Shown here piece by piece: positions 58,101 to 64,000 of a stretch of DNA of 64,000 nucleotides. The number at the start of each line of letters is the position of its first letter. The first letter of the stretch is position 1. This DNA comes from Bacteroidia bacterium. Its GTDB lineage: Bacteria > Bacteroidota > Bacteroidia > Flavobacteriales > Schleiferiaceae. The stretch covers positions 20,315-84,314 of the forward strand of contig JAUHWL010000012.1 of the NCBI GenBank assembly GCA_030424545.1, read 5' to 3'. Below the pieces are notes generated by a model that searched no databases, was not told the DNA's origin, and worked only from the letters and a program-made list of their open reading frames with translations. The translations under genes were made by a program, and so were the position numbers.

Positions 58101-61100
58101 TCAGATTTTTAACGAACACCCAAATTTATCTGACCCTAGTGTTCAAAGTGGTATATATGCAGGTAGTGCCAATTTCTGGAATAGTACGAGTTTAGAGTGT
58201 GAAGACATTTGTGCCCAAAACGCCAGTGCTTGGCTAGATCAACTCAATACAGAAACTTCGGGGGATTTGTTTGCAGGGTTATTAACCTGCGATAGCGCCC
58301 AGGTTTACACTTTATTGTACAACTATTGTATTGGCGATTGTGGTACCAACAACCCGTTTGGTATGCTGCGTACAGGCACCACGGCATATAGTAATTTGGT
58401 AACTTCTTTGAGCAACTGCAGCTTGACTCTAGACAGCCTCACTACTGTGGCTAGTTATATAGATAGTTGTGAAAATGAAATTACCACGCATTATCGGGTT
58501 TCAGATTGTATGGAGAATATTTTTAAGGGATTAAACAGTGTATTGCCAATACCTACCTCAAACTTCGTTCAAGCCCCACCAACATCTCATGCAATGTGGG
58601 CTTGTATCAATTCATATTATCAATATAAACCTAGCGTAAGAGTTCAACAAACGCACAACTATGAACAATTTGGACTAGGAGATAGTACGGTGAGTAATTG
58701 TGTTTTGTTTAGTCTGTGGACAGATGCAGGAAGTAATGTTGATCTAAACAATGTGGCTCAAATTTTATCTTCCAAAGTAAATTTAACTGGTTCTACATCT
58801 GCTCCATCTTCCCCTGGCTGGACTATAACATATTCGGGCATATCCGTAAAAGTGAGGTATATCAATAATTCTATTGAGGAGGTATTTCTGTATACAGGAA
58901 GCGAATGGGCTGTTTGTACTTCAATTTTGGCTTATGAATCTTATGAAGTGCCCTGTCAGCCTTACATAGACTCTGCCTTTGCTGCCAATTTAGATACCAA
59001 TCGTTTCAACTTTCAAACCGCCCGAGAAGATTGTATAGAGCTGATAAAAGCCCGTGCCGAGCAAAATGCAAAAGACGCCTGGCAAGATTTATTGCAAAAT
59101 GCCGCCAGCCAACTTTTGGCGGAGTACAACGAAAACTGCTTGCAAAATTCAGCAGAATCATTCATTGCCAATTATGATTTGCGCGAGTACCACTACACGC
59201 TTTATTATTATGACCAGGCAGGAAACCTGGTGCAAACCGTGCCGCCAGAAGGTGTAGATATTTTGTCTAGTGCAGCTTTTCCTAATGGCATCTACAACCA
59301 AAGTAGCATGCCCGCACACAGGCTAAAAACACAATACCAATACAATAGCTTAAACCAGTTGGTGTGGCAAAGCACACCAGATGGTGGCGAGACCGACTTT
59401 TGGTACAACAACATCGGCCAATTGCGCTTTTCACAAAATGCAAAGCAAGCACCCGGCAACTACTTTAGCTACACAAAATATGATGCACTGGGGCGCATCA
59501 TAGAGGTAGGTGAACATGATAAAGACTTACTAAATACATTGACCTTTACCGTGAATGCCCATACTCCAGATTGGCCGGCTACCAAAGGGTGGGAAGTAAC
59601 ACAAACCCATTATGACCAGGTAGCCTCAGCCGCAGTGCAAGCTCAGTTTAATCAGCCACAGAGCCATTTGCGCAACCGCGTAGCCACTACAGAATATATT
59701 GAAAACACAAAAGACGTACTCAGCCAAAACAACAAAATTACAGCTGCCACGCATTACAGCTATGATGTGCACGGCAACGTAAAGGAGTTGGTGCAACAGC
59801 AAAACTATTGGGTAGCCACGCCAAACCGCTACAAGCAAATGGCGTATGATTATGATTTGGTAAGTGGCAATGTAAAAGAAGTAGCCTACCAAAAAGGGCA
59901 TTATGACCAGTTTTACCACCGCTATCGTTATGATGCAGACAACCGCATTACCCGTATGCTAACCAGCCGCGATGGTGAACGTTGGGAAACCGATGCCCGT
60001 TATGAATACTACTTGCATGGCCCACTGGCACGAACTGTGATTGGCGAAGACAATGTGCAAGGCGTTGATTATGCCTACACCCTGCAAGGGTGGCTCAAAG
60101 CCGTAAATGGCATTACCGTAAACGCATCAGAAGATATGGGGAAAGACGGCAACAGCACCGCCCATCGCTGGAATGCCGAAGATGCCTTTGGGTTTAATCT
60201 TGGCTACTACCAAAGCAATAACCAGGCAGACTACCTAGCCATTGGCAGCACAAGCGATCATATTGTAGCCATTACCGCAGGTAACCTTACACAAAGTAAC
60301 GGCACCAAGCACCGCCTATACAATGGCAACATAGGCTTTATGGCCACAAGGTTGCCGATGAGCTACGGCACCCATGTGCGCATGGGCATGTACCAATATG
60401 ACCAGCTAAACCGCCTAAAAGAGAGTAAAAGCGACTATGTATATGATGGATTTTACCTAACCACCGCAGGCAATCATTTTAAAACATTGTATGATTACGA
60501 TGCCAATGGAAACATTGAAAACCTGAAACGCTTTGACGGTGGTGGAAGCCAATCTGACGATATTAATTATACCTACAACAAAACTTCCGGAGAGCTAGAC
60601 AACAACAAGCTTGCTAGCGTATCAGACAGTTATAATGGCCCGGGCGATGACATACACGGCACCCATAGCTACACGTATGACAATATTGGCAACCTAATAG
60701 CCGATAGTGGCGAAGACATTGGCAGTATAGATTGGACCGTTTATGGCAAAATAAAAAGCGTAAACCGCAATGGGGGCAACCTGCCCAACTTAGCCTTTGG
60801 CTATGGCCCCGATGGCAACCGAATGTATAAAATAACAAAAGGCAACGGCACCACCCCCGGCAACGTACACACTTGGGAAGGCCAATGGTACGTGCGCGAT
60901 GCCAGCGGCAACGTAATGGCCATCTACAACGAAGCCTTTTCCAACATAGGCGAAGACGCCTATAAAAGCACACTCACCCTGAGCGAGCTACCCCTCTACG
61001 GCAGCAGCCGTGTAGGGTTGCAAGAGGGGCAAACTACCGATACTGAAAACGCATATTTTTCAGGCACCAGCACCGCCACAGGTTTTACACCTGGCACCGC

Positions 61101-62598
61101 TTATGTGCTGCATGACGTTTTTACAACAGGCGATGATTATGATGTAACCAACGAAAATGGGGGCGATGTAACCCTTGGTGGAGGCAGTGACCATACCCTA
61201 ACGGTAGGCGCAACCTACGAGAAAATTTACTTTACTACCTCGGGCGAAATAGAAGTGCCGGGCGATATGTTCGAAACAGATGAAACGGGCAACTACATCC
61301 CACAGGGTGGAGAAATCACCATCACCCTTTACACCGGAGGCGAGTTTGAGTTGTTAGACCCTATCTTTTTTGAAATAAAAAAAGTATTTAGTGGATTAAC
61401 CTTGCTAGGCAAAGGCGTACAAGTAACTCGCGGTGTGAATGAGGAAGAAATATTTAGTGAGCGAGAGTTACTAAACAAAAAATATGAACTCTCAAACCAT
61501 TTAGGGAATGTTTTAACGGTTGTGTCAGATTTAAAACTTGGTCAAGACAATAATAGTGACGATATTGCGGAGGCATATTTGGCAGACGTTCTTACATATG
61601 CTGACTATTATCCATTTGGGATGACCATGCCGGGGCGGTTTGCGAATCCGGGAAGTTACAGGTATGGCGGTGCAGGTGGCCAAGAATCAGATGTGGAAAT
61701 TTCAGGAAGTTTTGGAAATCATTACACGGCTGAATATTGGGAGTTGGATGCTCGAGTTGGGCGCAGATGGAACAGAGACCCAGTAGTGAAATCATGGCAA
61801 AGTCCTTATGCTGTATTTGATAATAATCCAATTTATTACAATGATCCATCTGGTGCAGAAAGTACCCCCTGTGATGATTGCGCAGAACATGTTTTATTGG
61901 ACGAGGTAGTAGTTACAGGAGAAGCTTCGAATAAAGTAGGGAAAGTGTTTAAGGAAATCGGAAGCTTTTTTGATAAAATAGGAGAAAGCTTAAAAGAGGC
62001 AGGGACTCAAGTAGCTATATTTACGGCTGGAGTTGTAAATGCATGGGGCACTAATCAAGTTATGGGCGTAGGTCGTAGAAACCCACAAGAGTTTGGACCC
62101 TATTCGTCAACTGCGCAAGCTGGACAAACTACTGGTGATGTTATATCTATTTTTACTGGTGCCGTAGAGGTATTTGCAGGTGGGGGTACTGAAGTTGTTT
62201 CCCTAGGCACTACGAGTGCGGTTTCTATTCCTCTTGCACTGCATGGTGTATCAGTTATGGGTACAGCAACGGCAAACATGATTAAGGATGGAGTAGAGCG
62301 TACTCATGATAATATAAATGGCAATCCTTCTTCTAATGGAAGTAGTGGTGGTGGAAGTAAAAAGCCAACTCCAGATACTAATCCAAGTGATTTTAAAAAG
62401 CTTCCAGGAAACCAAGGTTATGTGCATAAGAAAACGGGTGAAATTTACAAGAAAAGTCATACAAGTCATGGTAATAAGGGCAATACAGGAAAGCAATGGA
62501 AAGTATGGCCAAAGGGAACCAAAGATTTTGGAAAAAACTCCAAAAAATCTGGAAAGAGAACAACTGTTGATGGTGATGGAAATATAATAGGTAATTAA
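55144..62598 (+). CDS. RHS/YD-repeat protein with RHS core and C-terminal polymorphic toxin domain (TcC-like)
   Basis: Signal peptide. Many YD repeats (YTLYYYDQAGNLVQT, YQYNSLNQLVWQSTPDGGETDFWYNNIGQLRF, YDYDANGNIENL, YTYDNIGNLIADSG, YGPDGNRMYK). RHS core end motif PIYYNDPSGAE (PxxxxDPxG), followed by a ~245-aa non-repeat tail. Confidence 0.85.
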   Translation: MQFLKNLLSAAFLLFSSTVLAQQTTLLQTDKADLSINKVIRLKDAVEDPSSGGYILRKHKVRLEYTRSNRTDVYSGSDWTYQIDYKIYNYGSGVSGSTYSLKVAFKPSEENFIYEAIRVHDQLATEDLGVKIVGISTTGTVPDDIVLSVETETEVHYFLSPAAQGYVHFNNTAKEVRWKTVEGAKQYDVEWVFVDDESAAAYTAFIGATGNAKPFAFKEPVRVRTAGNSLRLEPTYPSGTLYFRVRPVGVWVVGVNGNYSHIKTGAWGYTKSPTDGTVAKHIISTSFEEDKNWQMVVTYAEEGKNKRVVSYYDGSLRNRQSLTNLSTQDVTLAAEQVYDFEGRPAVSILPAPLSNNTFGYKSNLNKKGSNAFSASDFDGKNGSALNTSATGSAAQYYSNNNLYKNQQTNGNFIPDAEGYVYAQNVYMRDNTGRMAISGGVGSTFKIGGDHETKYYYGTPSAVELYRLFGTNVGEASHYKKNMVMDPNGQLSVSYLDQEGRTIATALAGLSPDNLYALESNVSDESIQIDLLAGNNGWDLANGVATSVHRQLNVLPNNEFTFEYDITGALYEVSVTGLDPNEPQNSTDFCMDCEYALTISITDPDGNNVPMEVTSGPSDKLGTHNVPYQDTIRMTGDPDCSSSSTYNPEMAPVYFTADFEDIGTYTITRQLKVIINEADFMSQAADALEDLGLSEQGLIDQYLQNVDTVDCDFTCYDRAKTKAKLMYPGYNSTQIENVIPAIMDTMCVRLMNQAMGGGEAECESLLGAMITDVSPGGWMYTSDATSDFWTSIDVSSINTLLGTSFTLADLRDPTQWYSEISDELVKKHREYCHYLQCSTYAESKGYQNNMAMGANDWAEAKTQGFDDPFNEKGTSNVIDKDPISDVDLGQSFSLTANDGVSSSFSATDHHSDAIEFLMMHGYPGMSGKASFSLGLDQLQGTTVSGMVYPSDDQGKWSLFMSAYNAAWYQVYEAVKAASSCVYYHDGNQIFNEHPNLSDPSVQSGIYAGSANFWNSTSLECEDICAQNASAWLDQLNTETSGDLFAGLLTCDSAQVYTLLYNYCIGDCGTNNPFGMLRTGTTAYSNLVTSLSNCSLTLDSLTTVASYIDSCENEITTHYRVSDCMENIFKGLNSVLPIPTSNFVQAPPTSHAMWACINSYYQYKPSVRVQQTHNYEQFGLGDSTVSNCVLFSLWTDAGSNVDLNNVAQILSSKVNLTGSTSAPSSPGWTITYSGISVKVRYINNSIEEVFLYTGSEWAVCTSILAYESYEVPCQPYIDSAFAANLDTNRFNFQTAREDCIELIKARAEQNAKDAWQDLLQNAASQLLAEYNENCLQNSAESFIANYDLREYHYTLYYYDQAGNLVQTVPPEGVDILSSAAFPNGIYNQSSMPAHRLKTQYQYNSLNQLVWQSTPDGGETDFWYNNIGQLRFSQNAKQAPGNYFSYTKYDALGRIIEVGEHDKDLLNTLTFTVNAHTPDWPATKGWEVTQTHYDQVASAAVQAQFNQPQSHLRNRVATTEYIENTKDVLSQNNKITAATHYSYDVHGNVKELVQQQNYWVATPNRYKQMAYDYDLVSGNVKEVAYQKGHYDQFYHRYRYDADNRITRMLTSRDGERWETDARYEYYLHGPLARTVIGEDNVQGVDYAYTLQGWLKAVNGITVNASEDMGKDGNSTAHRWNAEDAFGFNLGYYQSNNQADYLAIGSTSDHIVAITAGNLTQSNGTKHRLYNGNIGFMATRLPMSYGTHVRMGMYQYDQLNRLKESKSDYVYDGFYLTTAGNHFKTLYDYDANGNIENLKRFDGGGSQSDDINYTYNKTSGELDNNKLASVSDSYNGPGDDIHGTHSYTYDNIGNLIADSGEDIGSIDWTVYGKIKSVNRNGGNLPNLAFGYGPDGNRMYKITKGNGTTPGNVHTWEGQWYVRDASGNVMAIYNEAFSNIGEDAYKSTLTLSELPLYGSSRVGLQEGQTTDTENAYFSGTSTATGFTPGTAYVLHDVFTTGDDYDVTNENGGDVTLGGGSDHTLTVGATYEKIYFTTSGEIEVPGDMFETDETGNYIPQGGEITITLYTGGEFELLDPIFFEIKKVFSGLTLLGKGVQVTRGVNEEEIFSERELLNKKYELSNHLGNVLTVVSDLKLGQDNNSDDIAEAYLADVLTYADYYPFGMTMPGRFANPGSYRYGGAGGQESDVEISGSFGNHYTAEYWELDARVGRRWNRDPVVKSWQSPYAVFDNNPIYYNDPSGAESTPCDDCAEHVLLDEVVVTGEASNKVGKVFKEIGSFFDKIGESLKEAGTQVAIFTAGVVNAWGTNQVMGVGRRNPQEFGPYSSTAQAGQTTGDVISIFTGAVEVFAGGGTEVVSLGTTSAVSIPLALHGVSVMGTATANMIKDGVERTHDNINGNPSSNGSSGGGSKKPTPDTNPSDFKKLPGNQGYVHKKTGEIYKKSHTSHGNKGNTGKQWKVWPKGTKDFGKNSKKSGKRTTVDGDGNIIGN

Positions 62599-62601
62599 AT
62601 A

Positions 62602-62937
62602 ATGAAATTTGAAAAAATATATAGGGAATCTATTTCGTTTTGGCCAAATAGTATTGATTTATCAGACGGTAAGTTGATTGAGGAAACAAATGGATTTTAT
62701 TCAGAAAACTTATCTTCTGCATGGGATAAAGCAGAAGAATTGGCTTCTAACGAATGGCAATCCTTAATGGTTTGGACTTTTTATCAGGAGCTACACAAAA
62801 AGGCAGTTGAGAGCTTTAAGGCAAATAGATTTTATTTAAATATTGATTCTATTGATATGGCAATGCTTAAACAGTCTTACTTAAATGCTTTAAAAGAAGA
62901 GGGGTATGAAAAAATGCTAAATCAATTGGAAGTATGA
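62602..62937 (+). CDS. candidate cognate immunity protein
   Basis: 111-aa cytoplasmic ORF 4 nt downstream of the RHS stop, the canonical rhs immunity position. Confidence 0.5.
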   Translation: MKFEKIYRESISFWPNSIDLSDGKLIEETNGFYSENLSSAWDKAEELASNEWQSLMVWTFYQELHKKAVESFKANRFYLNIDSIDMAMLKQSYLNALKEEGYEKMLNQLEV

Positions 62938-63446
62938 AGTCGTTGTTATTCATATCCGTTTTGTCCCTATTATTAACCACCTCATGGGTAAAGTTTACAC
63001 CGGAGAGTGGTGATTATACATTAGAATTAAATGATAAGGCGAAATATCAGCAACGAGTTATTGAAGGAGGGTATGCAGATATATACACAATAGTGGAAAA
63101 TATTACATCCCAAGAAAATGAGTATTATATCATATCAGTTTCAAAGTTGAATGAAGAAGAGGAGTTTACTCTTGAAAAAATAGCGTCAAAAGTCTTTAAA
63201 GACAACTATCTATTGACCTGTGGTTGTGAAGTGGTTAATGAAAAAGAAGTACAGTATCAAAATTTTAAGGCGATTGAATATGATCTTAGAATTACAAAAA
63301 ATGACGGTTTTTTAGTTGGAAAATCAGTTCATATCCCTAAAGGAAGGATATTGTACAGTGTCAGTTTTATTACATCGGAAAAATTCTTGAATAGATTTAA
63401 ATCAGAATATCAACGAACCATAAATTCAGTACAGCTTTTAAAATAA
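62934..63446 (+). CDS. small secreted protein (second immunity candidate or accessory)
   Basis: Signal peptide MKSLLFISVLSLLLTTSW. Overlaps the previous gene by 4 nt. Confidence 0.45.
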   Translation: MKSLLFISVLSLLLTTSWVKFTPESGDYTLELNDKAKYQQRVIEGGYADIYTIVENITSQENEYYIISVSKLNEEEEFTLEKIASKVFKDNYLLTCGCEVVNEKEVQYQNFKAIEYDLRITKNDGFLVGKSVHIPKGRILYSVSFITSEKFLNRFKSEYQRTINSVQLLK

Positions 63447-63548
63447 TTAATGGCAATGTTGGTAGCGTCTCAAACATGTTAGCTTGTATGTTATGCTTTT
63501 TAACAGGCAGCTACCCGGCAAAAAATAGATTTAGCATAGAAAAGGAGA

Positions 63549-63579
63549 GGCAACGTAAAAGTTGCCTTTTTTATTTTTG
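63549..63579 (+). terminator. Intrinsic terminator
   Basis: GGCAAC-gtaaaa-GTTGCC hairpin followed by TTTTTTATTTTTG. Confidence 0.6.
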
Positions 63580-63587
63580 AATTAGAA

Positions 63588-64000
63588 ACCATCACCCTTT
63601 ACACCGGAGGCGAGTTTGAGTTGTTAGATCCTATCTTTTTTGAAATAAAAAAAGCATTTAGCGGATTAACCTTGCTAGGCAAAGGCGTACAAGTAACTCG
63701 CGGTGTAAATGAGGAAGAAATAGTGAGTGAGCGCGAATTATTAAACAAAAAGTACGAGTTTAGCAACCACTTAGGCAACGTACTTACTGTGACTAGCGAT
63801 TTAAAATTAGGATTAGATAATTACGGCAGCGATGGCATCGTGGATGCGTACAATGCAGATGTTCTTTCATATAGTGACTATTACCCAGGCGGGTCGTTGT
63901 TACCCGGAAGAAACGCCAACCCAGGAAGCTACAGACACGGCTATCAGGGAAGTGAAACCGATAATGAAATAACGGGTACTTCAGGAACTCATATTACAAC
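63588..64000 (+). pseudogene. Orphan rhs C-terminal cassette (promoterless 3' fragment with alternative toxin tip; partial at window end)
   Basis: Nucleotides 63588-~63720 are ~95% identical to 61318-61450 of the main RHS gene, then diverge progressively. Translation ITLYTGGEFELLDPIFFEIKKAFSGLTLLGKGVQVTRGVNEEEIVSERELL… is in frame with no start codon. Begins right after the terminator. Confidence 0.75.

Noticed and set aside
1-64000. CRISPR array, rRNA or tRNA genes
   Set aside because: No regularly spaced direct repeats, rRNA-like conserved blocks, or tRNA T-loop/anticodon-arm signatures were seen on either strand.

Overview
This 64 kb window comes from a Bacteroidota chromosome, likely Flavobacteriia, Cytophagia or Sphingobacteriia by gene content; base composition is moderately AT-rich. 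It has two parts.

The first ~36 kb is conserved core backbone. It holds truA, a secreted C1 peptidase and an HExxH peptidase, and a NarL-type two-component system. It also holds a fused alpha-oxoamine synthase/acyltransferase gene, the rimP-nusA-infB operon with a leader hairpin, and a complete MoxR/DUF58/BatA-E (Bat) operon. A T9SS cargo protein and the nadB-nadA-lpxD-flotillin-YqiJ cluster follow on the minus strand.

From ~36 kb to the window end the content looks accessory. A 37-nt terminator-like sequence occurs twice as a direct repeat, at 35937-35973 and 42658-42694, and brackets two very large surface/adhesin genes. A tyrosine integrase at 42924 then heads an AT-richer island. That island carries an operon of small secreted proteins, an OmpH/Skp-like chaperone and a lipoprotein. 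These are followed by a 2060-aa SpvB/TcB-N-terminal-domain protein and a 2484-aa RHS/YD-repeat protein with a PxxxxDPxG core and a C-terminal toxin tip. Two small candidate immunity genes follow, and the window ends in an orphan rhs C-terminal cassette (63588 onward).

The Tc-toxin-like BC pair, with a dedicated chaperone and lipoprotein but no TcA in the window, plus the switchable Rhs toxin tips, is the most interesting system here. No rRNA, tRNA or CRISPR array was recognised.
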